A stretch of DNA of 64,000 bases from the NCBI GenBank assembly GCA_036336835.1, contig JAYZFK010000062.1, forward strand, positions 160,001 through 224,000. The letters run 5' to 3'. Position numbers and translations under genes: made by a program. The notes below the pieces were generated by a model. The model ran no database searches and was not told where the DNA came from. It saw only the letters and a list, made by a program, of their open reading frames with translations. Positions 25,048 to 34,663 of the stretch are shown here, in pieces (within the stretch, counting starts at the first letter, position 1; every line of letters starts with the position of its first letter). This DNA is from Myxococcota bacterium (lineage in GTDB: Bacteria; Myxococcota_A; UBA9160; UBA4427).

Positions 25048-26559
25048 TCACTCAGCCTCCTGCCGTCGGTACAACTTCCAAACGCCGTGCTGGCTGATTT
25101 CATCAAAGCGCTCGCGGACCACCCGATTCGGGCGCGAATCGCCGACTTCGCTGGAGGAATTCGCTTCGTTCCAGCGGTCCCACTCTCCGCTGAGGAGTAG
25201 CCAGTCGGCGCTCTCGAGGTCCTGAGTAAGACGAGTTCCGAGACGATTTGCCGAGTTTGGGTTGAGCTCGAGGTAGTAGCTGGCAGGAATTAGCTCGGGG
25301 AAGAAGAAATAGAGGTGAAGATCGCTGTAGCGGGTTCGGCTGAGATCGGTTGGTCCAATGAACAATCGCTCACCCGGTTCGAGGCGCTCGTCCAGCACAC
25401 TGCCGAGCTCGCGAAAGGCAGAGATTTCGTGGCTATTTCGAGCGGGGAGCCTGCGTTCGTTGCGATGCAGCCAGACTACATGAGGCCGGGAGACGAGATG
25501 CTCGAGCGAGACTACAGCCACCTTGGCCGCGGGAGTCCCCGCAGTCGTCAAGATGATCCCCGCCGTCAGTCCCAGGCGAGGTAGCTGGCGCATTCGCCGA
25601 GCCATCAGCGAATCGAGAGTGAGGGGAAAAACCCCCCCCACCACGACACAGGCATAGAGCAGGTGATCTGCATCCAGACGCTGCCAGGCCTGTGGCAGCA
25701 ATCCGAGACATAACCCAGCGACCATGAAAGCCTCGGCTCGGTCACTGGAGGCAACTTCCCGGACACGCCAGGCAGATAGCAAGCTCGTTACCAGGCCAAT
25801 CCCGAGCAGTAGAAGCAGGCGGAGCGAGGTTGTTTCGAGAGAGGAGAAGGGGAGTCGACGCGCCGGTCCGGTCAGGAAGACCGGACCCACGATGAGATCG
25901 TCGATCGCATTGGGTAGTGAAATCACCGCAAAATAGAGACCCAGTGGGACGATCGCCGAGACAAAACCGAGAGTAAAAAACCCTAATTCTTTTCGGATAT
26001 CGTATCGGTATCCCCACATTCCGGCTGTGGCAATCAGGGCCGCTGCCAGGATCAGGTCGAGCCGAAACCACAGAGCAAGGCCCATCAGCGCGCCACAGAG
26101 AATTCGTCGCTGCGCCTGCAGGGCGACTACAGCCCAGACGAGAATTGCGAGACCGGCGACCCACGAGAAGGCCTCGAGACGAAGCGGCTGGAGCAGCACC
26201 GCGGTCGTAATGCCGCATACCGCCCCGGTTATCGCACCGCGGCGGCTGCCGAGCAGGACGATTCCGAGGATCAGGACGACCCGGTAGGTGAGCCCCACGA
26301 GACGTTCGACCGCAATCGAAGGCTCGAAGAGCTGGTAGCAGAGTGCCAATAGGAAGAAGTTGCCGGGCGGATAGCTCGCCAGGAAGTCGCGATGCGGAAG
26401 CAGCCCGCGCAGGATCAGCTCCGGGTAGACGAGAAGCATCCCTTCGTCCTGGGGGCGATGGACGGGAGCGTCGAACCAGGCGAGCAGTGGTGCTGCGAAC
26501 AGCAGCGCGACGCCGCAAGCCAGAATGCGCGCGCGCGCGTCGGGGTCGAGCGACCTCAT
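25048..26559 (-). CDS. Polytopic membrane protein, GT-C/ArnT-like glycosyltransferase candidate
   Basis: QDEG after TM1, [15 protein letters not shown], about 11 hydrophobic segments, soluble C-terminal domain; more A/T-ending codons than neighbouring genes. Confidence 0.65.
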   Translation of the reverse strand: MRSLDPDARARILACGVALLFAAPLLAWFDAPVHRPQDEGMLLVYPELILRGLLPHRDFLASYPPGNFFLLALCYQLFEPSIAVERLVGLTYRVVLILGIVLLGSRRGAITGAVCGITTAVLLQPLRLEAFSWVAGLAILVWAVVALQAQRRILCGALMGLALWFRLDLILAAALIATAGMWGYRYDIRKELGFFTLGFVSAIVPLGLYFAVISLPNAIDDLIVGPVFLTGPARRLPFSSLETTSLRLLLLLGIGLVTSLLSAWRVREVASSDRAEAFMVAGLCLGLLPQAWQRLDADHLLYACVVVGGVFPLTLDSLMARRMRQLPRLGLTAGIILTTAGTPAAKVAVVSLEHLVSRPHVVWLHRNERRLPARNSHEISAFRELGSVLDERLEPGERLFIGPTDLSRTRYSDLHLYFFFPELIPASYYLELNPNSANRLGTRLTQDLESADWLLLSGEWDRWNEANSSSEVGDSRPNRVVRERFDEISQHGVWKLYRRQEAE

Positions 26560-26742
26560 ACTCCGTTGACGCTACCACGCGGGTCTGCTGGACGGTTGGC
26601 GAGGGGAGAGGGCGCCGTTATCCTCCGCGGGCCTTCGGTCCGGGTGGCCCCGAAGGCGATCTTTACCCGTCCCGCCCGAATCAGCTCCATCACCGGAATC
26701 GAGCCACTCTCACTTCGAGGGCTCGGGAAGAGATACAAGGTC

Positions 26743-26892
26743 ATGAAGCGAACCTACCAGCCGAGTCGAATCCGTCGTCGTCGCAAGCACGGCTTCCGCT
26801 CTCGCATGAAGACCGCAGGGGGCCGGACAATCCTCAAGCGACGCAGGGCGAAGGGCCGCACGCGCCTGGCTCCGTCCACACCCTCGAAGTAA
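26743..26892 (+). CDS. rpmH: 50S ribosomal protein L34
   Basis: [35 protein letters not shown]. Confidence 0.98.
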   Translation: MKRTYQPSRIRRRRKHGFRSRMKTAGGRTILKRRRAKGRTRLAPSTPSK

Positions 26893-26894
26893 CG

Positions 26895-27281
26895 ATGGCT
26901 GCAGCGCTGACCGGCCGTTTCGCGCGGTCGGATCGATTGCGGGCATCTCGCGACTATCGACGTGTCGCCGCGCAGGGACGTCGACTCGCCTCGCGCGAGT
27001 TCGTGGTCCTCGTTGCTCCAGCGAGACCCGTGGCGACGGCGCGAGTGCGGCTGGGCATCACCGCGAGTCGCAAAGTCGGCAACGCGGTGACGCGCAACCG
27101 GGTGAAGCGCGCCGTGCGCGAGTGGTTCCGAAGCTGCCGGGACGGGCTGGGTGGTGGAAACGACGGGCTCGACGTCGTGGTGATCGCGCGCCGCGCCGCG
27201 AGGGAGCTCGACTCGGGTGGCATTGCCGAACGCTTGAGTTCGCTGTTGGAGCGTGGCGAGGGGAAAGTGGGGCGCGCGTGA
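26895..27281 (+). CDS. rnpA: Ribonuclease P protein component
   Basis: [28 protein letters not shown]. Confidence 0.95.
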   Translation: MAAALTGRFARSDRLRASRDYRRVAAQGRRLASREFVVLVAPARPVATARVRLGITASRKVGNAVTRNRVKRAVREWFRSCRDGLGGGNDGLDVVVIARRAARELDSGGIAERLSSLLERGEGKVGRA

Positions 27282-27577
27282 GCGCGGCGCGCGACACGTT
27301 CCACCGCGCCGTCCGTCGCTCATTGCCGGCGGGCGTACTTTCGGTGCTCGTCCGTGCGTATCAGCTGGCGATTGCCCCACTGTTGGGCCCGCGCTGTCGC
27401 TTCCATCCGAGCTGCTCGCACTATGCACTCGAAGCGCTCGCGACTCATGGTGCCGCGCGAGGAGGTTGGCTGTCGGCGCGCCGCATCGGCCGCTGTCATC
27501 CGCTGAGCGAAGGCGGGTTCGACCCTGTTCCCATCTTGGCCGTCCGGCAGTCGGACCACCGATCGGGAAGCGCGTAG
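27278..27577 (+). CDS. yidD: Membrane protein insertion efficiency factor
   Basis: [31 protein letters not shown]. Confidence 0.95.
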   Translation: MSAARDTFHRAVRRSLPAGVLSVLVRAYQLAIAPLLGPRCRFHPSCSHYALEALATHGAARGGWLSARRIGRCHPLSEGGFDPVPILAVRQSDHRSGSA

Positions 27578-27586
27578 GGCCTCACG

Positions 27587-29281
27587 GTGGATCGCAACTT
27601 TCTCCTCGCCGTCGTGCTCTCGATGCTGGTGGTCATGTTCTGGTCGAGCAGCCGGCAGCCGTCCGAGACATCGACGGAGTCGAGCCCCGAGGTCGCCGCC
27701 GAGGGTGAGAGGGCCCCGTCGGGAAGCCTCGTCGGCCCGCAGTCCGATGCCAGCGGCGGCGAGACCCGTGTGGCGGAACGGCGTGCGTCCCCGGAGGCGC
27801 TCGAGCAGCGTGGCGAGCCCGCTTTCGAGCCGTGGGTTCGGACGATCGAAGGAGCGCAATTCGTCGCCGAACTGAGCAATCGCGGCGGCACGCTGATCCG
27901 CTACGCGCTGCGGGACTACGAAACGGCAGCCAGCGAAGGGCCCCCGGAGCCGATCGACCTGATCGACAGCCCGGCGGGCGGACTCCAGGTCGGCGCGACG
28001 CCTTTCGAGGAGCTCGGGATTGGGAACCTGAGGGAAGCTCAATTCGAAGTCGAAGAGCAAGACAGTCGTAGCGTGACGTTCGCGTTGACGCGCGACGGCA
28101 TAACAGTGCGCAAGCACTACCGATTCGATCTCGACGCCTATACCTTCGAGTTCTCCGTTGCGGTCGAGAACATGTCGGGAGAACTGCTTCGTCCGCGCTT
28201 CGAGATCGAGTGGCCGGTGGCGATCCGCGAGGGAAACGATTACGCGAACCTGTCACTCGTGACGCGTCACGACGGCGAAGTGGATCGCACGCCCGTCGGC
28301 AGCGTGGGGTCGAGCGGATTCCTCGGATTCGGGGCCGACGACGGCAAGCCAAAGACGGGTGGGATCGAATGGTTTGGCGTCGATGCGACCTACTTCGTCG
28401 GAGCCCTGGCACCGCAGCGGGGTAGCGACGCGCTGGTTTCGTCCGTCGCTCTTCGCAAGGGAGAGATTGCGGCGAACGTGCTGAGCTTTGCTGGCATCAT
28501 GCTTCCTTCGGGCAACCGCATCACGCAGGAGCTGCGGGGCTACATTGGTCCGAAGCTCGAGCAGGAGCTGGCAGACTTCGGGGCCGACCTCACGACCTCG
28601 GTGGACCGCGGCTGGTCGTGGGTACAGCCGCTGACTCGGTTCTTTGGCTGGCTGCTGCGGGCGTTGTACGAGTTCATCCCGAACTACGGCTGGGTGATCA
28701 TCGTGGTCACCTTCCTGGTCCGGGTCGTGACGCTCCCGATCGTCCAGAAGCAGATGAAGTCGATGGAGAGGATGCGCGCGCTCCAGCCGCGCATGAAGGA
28801 GATCCAGAAGAAGTTCGCGGACGACAAAGAGAAGCAGTCGCAGGCGACAATGGCGCTGTACAAGGAAGAGGGCGTGAACCCGCTCGGCGGCTGCCTGCCG
28901 ATGCTGCTTCAGCTGCCTGTCTTCATCGGTCTGTTCTATGCGCTCAGGAGCTCGATCGAGCTACGGCACGCGCCGTTCATTTTTTGGATGACAGATTTGT
29001 CAGCTCCGGATCAGCTATTCCTGATTCCGGGTATCGAGTTGCCCTTGCGCGTGCTTCCGCTGCTGATGGCCGGCAGCATGGTGTTGCAGGCCAAGTTCCA
29101 GCCGATGTCGCCCGACCCGGCGCAAGCACAGATGATGACCACAGTGATGCCGATCATGATGCTGGTCCTCTTCTACCAGTTTCCGTCGGGTCTCGTGCTC
29201 TACTACATGCTCAGCAATTTTCTCGGGATCGCCCACCAGCGTTGGGTCGGTCGTAACATGAACAAGGCGAAGGAGGCCTAG
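27587..29281 (+). CDS. yidC: Membrane protein insertase
   Basis: YIGPK, NYGWVII, VNPLGGCLPMLLQLP, WMTDLSAPD, FPSGLVLYY. Confidence 0.97.
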   Translation: MDRNFLLAVVLSMLVVMFWSSSRQPSETSTESSPEVAAEGERAPSGSLVGPQSDASGGETRVAERRASPEALEQRGEPAFEPWVRTIEGAQFVAELSNRGGTLIRYALRDYETAASEGPPEPIDLIDSPAGGLQVGATPFEELGIGNLREAQFEVEEQDSRSVTFALTRDGITVRKHYRFDLDAYTFEFSVAVENMSGELLRPRFEIEWPVAIREGNDYANLSLVTRHDGEVDRTPVGSVGSSGFLGFGADDGKPKTGGIEWFGVDATYFVGALAPQRGSDALVSSVALRKGEIAANVLSFAGIMLPSGNRITQELRGYIGPKLEQELADFGADLTTSVDRGWSWVQPLTRFFGWLLRALYEFIPNYGWVIIVVTFLVRVVTLPIVQKQMKSMERMRALQPRMKEIQKKFADDKEKQSQATMALYKEEGVNPLGGCLPMLLQLPVFIGLFYALRSSIELRHAPFIFWMTDLSAPDQLFLIPGIELPLRVLPLLMAGSMVLQAKFQPMSPDPAQAQMMTTVMPIMMLVLFYQFPSGLVLYYMLSNFLGIAHQRWVGRNMNKAKEA

Positions 29282-29336
29282 CCTCGGGCCGTCATTGCTC
29301 GAGGACTGGACTCCGCAAGCCCGGAGGGCATCCCCG

Positions 29337-30242
29337 ATGTACGACAAACAGAACGAAGCTCGCGAATTCTTCGCGGACTCCAGGGACGAGGCGGTTGCAG
29401 AGGCCGCCCGGTTCTTCGAGATGGAAGAGTCCGAGCTGCGTCTCTCGGAGTTCGACCCGCTCGCCGTGCATGGGCTCGGCGGCCGGATCGTTGTGGTTGC
29501 CGCGCCCAGTGGCGCACCGCGGGTCACCCCGGGCGGTGGGGATGGCGACCGCGGGGGCCGCCGGGAGCGCGGCGGTCGGGATCGCGAGCGCGGCGGTCGG
29601 GACCGGGAGCGCGGCGGTCGGGACCGGGAACGCGGCGGTCGGGATCGTGAGCCGAGCGGGCGAGGTCGGGGTCGCGACGACGACGTTCGCCGACCAGAAC
29701 GACTCGTCGCGGCAGAGGACTCCAACGGGACCGCGCAGGGTGAGCTCGGCGAGATCGGGCAATTCCTGCTCGGAGTGGTCGAGCGGATGGGCCTGGGCCC
29801 GTTCGAGATCGGCGAGTCTTCGGACGGCGACTTCCTGGTCGTGCGGCTGGACGGCGACGCGGCGGCAGCACTCGCAGCCGGCGATGGCCGTGGGATCGAT
29901 GCGCTCCAGCTGCTGGCGAACCAGGCTTCGATGCGGAATGACGCCGATGCGCAGCGGGTCATCGTCGACGTACAGGGGAGCTCCGAGAAGCGCGAGCAGT
30001 TCCTGACTCGGCTGGCCGAGCGCGCAGCCAGGCGGTCGGTGGACAGCAAGCGGTCGGTCGCGCTCGATCCGATGAACCCGAAGGATCGTCGCATTATCCA
30101 CATGGCACTGCGAGATTCGGACGAGGTTGCCACGATGAGCACGGGATCCGGTGGATATCGCCAGGTGGTGGTGGTGCCGAGTGGCTCTCCCGAATTCGAC
30201 GATGCGCAGCGGGCTTCGCAAGAGGCCAGCCAGCGAGACTGA
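29337..30242 (+). CDS. jag: Jag/EloR (KhpB) RNA-binding protein with KH-like and R3H domains
   Basis: Follows yidC; Jag_N-like start, IDALQLL KH helix, PMNPKDRRIIHMAL R3H. Confidence 0.88.
   Translation: MYDKQNEAREFFADSRDEAVAEAARFFEMEESELRLSEFDPLAVHGLGGRIVVVAAPSGAPRVTPGGGDGDRGGRRERGGRDRERGGRDRERGGRDRERGGRDREPSGRGRGRDDDVRRPERLVAAEDSNGTAQGELGEIGQFLLGVVERMGLGPFEIGESSDGDFLVVRLDGDAAAALAAGDGRGIDALQLLANQASMRNDADAQRVIVDVQGSSEKREQFLTRLAERAARRSVDSKRSVALDPMNPKDRRIIHMALRDSDEVATMSTGSGGYRQVVVVPSGSPEFDDAQRASQEASQRD
29562..29651 (+). repeat. About four tandem 21-bp coding units encoding RERGGRD
   Basis: CGGGAGCGCGGCGGTCGGGA(C/T)-type units inside jag. Confidence 0.9.
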
Positions 30243-30246
30243 TGCG

Positions 30247-30262
30247 CGTTCCACGTGGAACG
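30247..30262. other. parS centromere site
   Basis: Perfect 16-bp palindrome CGTTCCACGTGGAACG upstream of rsmG-parAB. Confidence 0.9.
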
Positions 30263-30315
30263 GAAAAGCTCGGCGAGCAGCCTGTAGCGGGACGGCCCCG
30301 GCGAGCTCGCGCGCA

Positions 30316-30331
30316 CGTTCCACGGGGAACG
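30316..30331. other. parS site, one mismatch
   Basis: CGTTCCACGGGGAACG. Confidence 0.8.
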
Positions 30332-30342
30332 GAATCGAGACG

Positions 30343-30978
30343 ATGAGTGGGGTTGACCGGGATGAGCTCGCCGCGCGACTGAGAGCTGGCCTCGAGACCA
30401 TCGGTGCACCGTTTCCACCGGAGGCCCCAGGACAGCTCGCCGATCTCGCCCTGTTGGTCGCCACGTGGGGGCGCCGAATCAACCTCTCCGGGCATCGGTC
30501 GCCGATGCAGATCGGCGACCGGCTGATCCTCGATGCTGCAGCACTTTCGGCAAAGCTTCCGGCTTTCCAGTCCCTGGTCGATCTCGGGTCCGGGGCGGGT
30601 TTTCCCGGCTTGCCGATCGCGATCCTATACCCGGAGGCCGAGCTAGTCCTGGTCGAAGCGCGACGGCGGCGACATTATTTTCAGCGGGCAGTGGTCCGCC
30701 AGCTCGAGATCCCCAATGCCCAACCGCTCCACGGAAGGATCGAGCAGCTCGTGCCGAGGCCTTGCACGGTTGCGTTGGCGCAGGCGGTCGGCCCCGCACC
30801 CAAGGTGGCTGCCTCGATGCGTCCATGGGTTCTACCCGGCGGGTGGATCGGCATTCCAACCGTCGTCGATGCCACCGAACCCGACTTCGGGGCCGATCTG
30901 GGCCATTGCCGTGCTGTCGACTACACGGTACCGGGCGGGCCGCGACGCAAGCTCTGGATGCTCGGATCCGTTGCCTGA
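30343..30978 (+). CDS. rsmG: 16S rRNA m7G527 methyltransferase
   Basis: W..RINLSG, VDLGSGAGFPGLPIAI, LVEA, GRIE; upstream of parA. Confidence 0.92.
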   Translation: MSGVDRDELAARLRAGLETIGAPFPPEAPGQLADLALLVATWGRRINLSGHRSPMQIGDRLILDAAALSAKLPAFQSLVDLGSGAGFPGLPIAILYPEAELVLVEARRRRHYFQRAVVRQLEIPNAQPLHGRIEQLVPRPCTVALAQAVGPAPKVAASMRPWVLPGGWIGIPTVVDATEPDFGADLGHCRAVDYTVPGGPRRKLWMLGSVA

Positions 30979-31076
30979 GTCCAGCTAGACGGGCATCGGC
31001 CCTGCATCGCCAATGCGCGTGTGGTACCTACCGCTGCAGCGTCAGCGCCGTCAACCCTCGCTCCGTGGTTCTCGTG

Positions 31077-31988
31077 ATGCAGCGACAAAGTCGTGTCCTC
31101 GCCGTCGTCAATCAGAAGGGTGGCGTCGGCAAGACCACGACAGCAGTCAATCTCGCGGCCTGCTTTGCCGCAAGCGAGCGGGCAACGCTCCTGATCGATA
31201 TCGATCCACAGGGCAATGCGTCTGAAGCGTACGGCGTACGCAATCCCACACGCCAGATCTATGACGCGCTGATCGGCGAGTGCGTCATGAAGGACGCTGT
31301 GCGCCCGACCGAGCTCGCGTGCCTGCACCTGGTGCCGTCCGGCCCGGATCTGGTGGGAGCCGAGATCGAGCTCGTCACGGCGACCGATCGGGAGCGTTGC
31401 CTGGAGCGCGCCCTGTCCGACGTGCGCGATCTCTACGAGCTGATCCTGATCGATTGCCCGCCATCGCTCGGCATCCTGACGCTCAATGCGCTGACCGCCG
31501 CGGACGGCGTGATCCTGCCCATGCAATGCGAGTACTACGCCCTCGAAGGCCTGGCACGACTGAGTGAGACGATGGAGCTCGTGCGCTCCGGACTGAACCC
31601 CTCCCTCGCACTGGAGGCGATCGTGCTCACCATGGTCGACCGGCGCAACAACCTGGCGCGTCAAGTCGAGCACGAGGTGCGCGCGCACTTTGGCGATCGT
31701 GTCATGCAGACCGAGATCCCGCGCAACATCCGCCTCTCGGAAGCACCGAGCCACGGCAAGCCGATCCTGCTGTACGACATCCACTCGAAGGGTGCGACCG
31801 CCTACCTTGCACTTGCCGACGAGATTCTCGCTCGCCAAGGACTGCCGGAGATTCGACTAACGCCACCGCCGCTGTCGGGCAGTGCCGTGGTGCCAGGTGT
31901 GGCGTCCGAGGCGTTAGAGCCATCACTCGGATCGGTTCGAGTGCCCGAGGGGTCCGTGAGTCCGGAGGAAGAGGGAGGCAGCGAATGA
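31077..31988 (+). CDS. parA: Chromosome partitioning ATPase ParA/Soj
   Basis: NQKGGVGKTTT, DIDPQGN, IDCPPSLG, IPRNIRLSEAPSHG; low-complexity C-terminal tail. Confidence 0.96.
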   Translation: MQRQSRVLAVVNQKGGVGKTTTAVNLAACFAASERATLLIDIDPQGNASEAYGVRNPTRQIYDALIGECVMKDAVRPTELACLHLVPSGPDLVGAEIELVTATDRERCLERALSDVRDLYELILIDCPPSLGILTLNALTAADGVILPMQCEYYALEGLARLSETMELVRSGLNPSLALEAIVLTMVDRRNNLARQVEHEVRAHFGDRVMQTEIPRNIRLSEAPSHGKPILLYDIHSKGATAYLALADEILARQGLPEIRLTPPPLSGSAVVPGVASEALEPSLGSVRVPEGSVSPEEEGGSE

Positions 31989-32914
31989 GCGCACGGCGCA
32001 GTGCACTGGGGCGGGGACTCGGAGCGCTGATTCCGAGCGGTGAAGCGGGCTTGGCGGCGTCGCGCGCGGCCGATGAGGGGTCGACGCGCCCGGACTCCGA
32101 GCGCAGGCCCCTCGAGATCGCTGTCGATGCGATTCAGCCGAACCCCGACCAGCCGCGACGTCACTTCGATCCGGGGCAGCTCGCCGGGCTCGCCGGCTCG
32201 ATCGCGCGCCACGGAGTGCTGCAACCCGTGGTCGTGCGTCGCGCCGAAGGTGGCGGCTACGAGCTGATCGTCGGCGAGCGACGCTGGCGAGCGTCGCGTG
32301 CAGCCGGTCGCGAGACCGTCCCCGCCGTCGTGGCGGATATCGAGCCGCGCGACCGTCTCGAGCTGGCGATCGTCGAGAACGTCCAGCGTCACGATCTGAA
32401 TCCGATCGAGCTCGCCCATGCCTACCGGACCCTCGCCGGCTCGGGTGCGACCCAGGAAGAGATCGGCTCGCGCGTTGGCCTCGATCGTTCGAGCATCGCC
32501 AACCATCTGCGCTTGCTCGAGCTGCCACTCGAGTTCCAGCAGGATGTCGAGTTGGGTCGACTCTCGATGGGACATGCCAAAGCGTTGCTGCAGGTGGTGA
32601 GCCCGGAGCGGCGGCGATTGCTCCGCGACCGAATCGTACGCGAACAGCTCTCGGTGCGAGCGACCGAGCAGCTTGCGCGCGACTACGCCAAGCCCGGTCG
32701 CGCGCGAAAGCCCCAGACGCAGCCATCAGCGCAGGAGGTGAACCGCACGTCTGCCAGCGACGCCAGCCTCGCGTCCCTCGTCGAGCCGCTGCGCCAGGCG
32801 CTGCAGACGCAGGTTCGGATCGAGGGCAGCCTGGAGCGCGGGCACATCGAGATCGACTATTTCGGCGCCGAGGATCTAGAGCGCATCGCAGATCTGCTGG
32901 TGCGGGGCGCATGA
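31985..32914 (+). CDS. parB: Chromosome partitioning protein ParB/Spo0J
   Basis: LGRGLGAL, NPDQPRR, GERRWRA, ENVQRHDLNPIE, LSMGHA. Confidence 0.96.
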   Translation: MSARRSALGRGLGALIPSGEAGLAASRAADEGSTRPDSERRPLEIAVDAIQPNPDQPRRHFDPGQLAGLAGSIARHGVLQPVVVRRAEGGGYELIVGERRWRASRAAGRETVPAVVADIEPRDRLELAIVENVQRHDLNPIELAHAYRTLAGSGATQEEIGSRVGLDRSSIANHLRLLELPLEFQQDVELGRLSMGHAKALLQVVSPERRRLLRDRIVREQLSVRATEQLARDYAKPGRARKPQTQPSAQEVNRTSASDASLASLVEPLRQALQTQVRIEGSLERGHIEIDYFGAEDLERIADLLVRGA

Positions 32915-33324
32915 GCCACCCCGTTGCCTCACCGCCCCTGGCGCAACGAAGTGCTGCACCCCTTCGCAGCGACGCGGCTTCACCCTCGGAGCCGATCGCA
33001 GTCCAGCACCGCGGATACTTCGAAGGTCTGCTGACCTTCCGCGGATCGGCCTGTGTGCTCGGCTCGCTGATTGGTGGCGTCAACGCGCGGGGACGGCTGC
33101 GAATCGGCCCGGATGCTCTCGTAGAGGGTGTCATCGTGGTCGATGAGCTCATCGTCGAGGGAAACTTGCGCGGCGACGTGCGAGCGCGCGAGCGCGTCGA
33201 GCTCGGGCCGCGCGCCCGCGTCGAGGGCCGACTCGAGGCTCCGCGCATTGCGTTTCGCGATGGCTGCCGGTTTCGCGGCCCGTGCCGCAGCGGCTCGGCC
33301 CTCCGCGAGGTCGAACTGCCCTGA
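32911..33324 (+). CDS. Bactofilin (polymer-forming cytoskeletal protein)
   Basis: FEGLLTF.G, beta-helix V/I-x-G repeats, FRGPC end; downstream of parB. Confidence 0.85.
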   Translation: MSHPVASPPLAQRSAAPLRSDAASPSEPIAVQHRGYFEGLLTFRGSACVLGSLIGGVNARGRLRIGPDALVEGVIVVDELIVEGNLRGDVRARERVELGPRARVEGRLEAPRIAFRDGCRFRGPCRSGSALREVELP

Positions 33325-33557
33325 ATCGAGCTCCAATCGGGCATCCCGCGCCTTGAAACTCCACCTGTCTGTGCGACTATCCGCGCCGCTGTGCCCCTGC
33401 CGCGGTGCTGGTCACCGTTGCGGGCGAGCAGGTTCGCCGCGCGATCGCTCGCGACTCGATGATCGGCGCACGTCGACACTGGATCTCGAGCGCGCCACCG
33501 GTTCGAACCGGAGCCGGCCGATTCGATGCCTACTTGACGGATAGGAAGTGGTCGCCT

Positions 33558-34085
33558 GTGAAACGAAGCCACCGCATCGTGCACGCGCTGCTTGCCGCGG
33601 CGGCGTCGCTCGCACCCGGATCCGTCGCCTACGCTGCCTCGGGCGGCGCGCTCAAGCTGATTCCCGAGCTGGAAGGAGTCGTGATCCTGTTGATCGGCTT
33701 CACGATCCTGATCCCCATAGTGAACAGAGTGCTGGTCAAGCCCGTCTTTGCCGTGCTCGACGAACGGGAAGAGAAGATCACTGCCGCGCGCAATCGTGCG
33801 AAGTTGCTCGAGGACAGCGCGAACGAGGTGTTGGCGCGCTACCAGTCGTCCATCCGCGAGGTGCGGGAAGACGCGGAGCGCCAGCGGCGCGAGCAGCTCG
33901 ATGCCGCGCGAGCCGAGCACGCGGAGATCACCGAACGCGCGCGCGGACAAGCGTCGCGCGAGATCGAGCAGAGCCAGGCTGGGTTTCGAGCATCACTCGA
34001 CGAAGCACGGACCGGACTGCGCGCAACCGCCGAGGGTCTGGCTCGCCAGGCGGCCGAGCGCATCCTGGGCAGGGCCATGTCGTGA
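33558..34085 (+). CDS. atpF: ATP synthase F0 subunit b'
   Basis: TM then KPVFAVLDEREEKI and a coiled coil; first of two b-type genes. Confidence 0.85.
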   Translation: MKRSHRIVHALLAAAASLAPGSVAYAASGGALKLIPELEGVVILLIGFTILIPIVNRVLVKPVFAVLDEREEKITAARNRAKLLEDSANEVLARYQSSIREVREDAERQRREQLDAARAEHAEITERARGQASREIEQSQAGFRASLDEARTGLRATAEGLARQAAERILGRAMS

Positions 34086-34663
34086 CGCGCCTCGCGTTGC
34101 TGGTGGCTGGCTGGGTACTCGTTGCGACCCGGCCGGTGTTCGCCGCGAGCGGGGGCGAGGGACACGCGGTCTTCCCGCTCTGGGAGCTCGTCAACTTCGC
34201 GATCCTGGTGGGCGGACTCGTCTACCTGGGGCGCGGCCCGCTGCGTGAGCTGTTTGCGACGCGGCGCGCGACGATCGCAAACGAGATCGAAGCCGCCTCC
34301 GAATTGCTCGCACAGGCCGAGGCGCGCAATGCCGAGTGGCAGCAAAAGATTGCTGACCTCGATCGCGAGCTGGACGTGATCCGCGAGACGGCTCGGCGTC
34401 GCGCCGAGCAGGAGCGGGAGCGTATCCTCGCCGAAGCGAACGAGGCGGCCCAGCGCATCCAGCGCGATGCCGTGGCCTCTGTCGAGCACGAGCTGCGACG
34501 GGCGCAGTCCCAGCTGCGTGAAGAGGCGGCGTCACTCGCGACCGAGCTCGCGGCCGGCATGTTGCGCGATCAAGTCGGCGACGGCGATCGCGATCGGCTG
34601 ATGGATGAGTTCATCTCGAGCGTCGGGACGCCTTCCCGCGCGAGCGCCGGCGGGGAGAGCTGA
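34082..34663 (+). CDS. atpF: ATP synthase F0 subunit b
   Basis: ELVNFAILVGGLVY..PL...RRATI, coiled coil. Confidence 0.88.
   Translation: MTRLALLVAGWVLVATRPVFAASGGEGHAVFPLWELVNFAILVGGLVYLGRGPLRELFATRRATIANEIEAASELLAQAEARNAEWQQKIADLDRELDVIRETARRRAEQERERILAEANEAAQRIQRDAVASVEHELRRAQSQLREEAASLATELAAGMLRDQVGDGDRDRLMDEFISSVGTPSRASAGGES

Noticed and set aside
27297..27304. CGTTCCAC half-site in yidD and ACGTGGAACA near 59655
   Set aside because: Only half of the parS palindrome in each case
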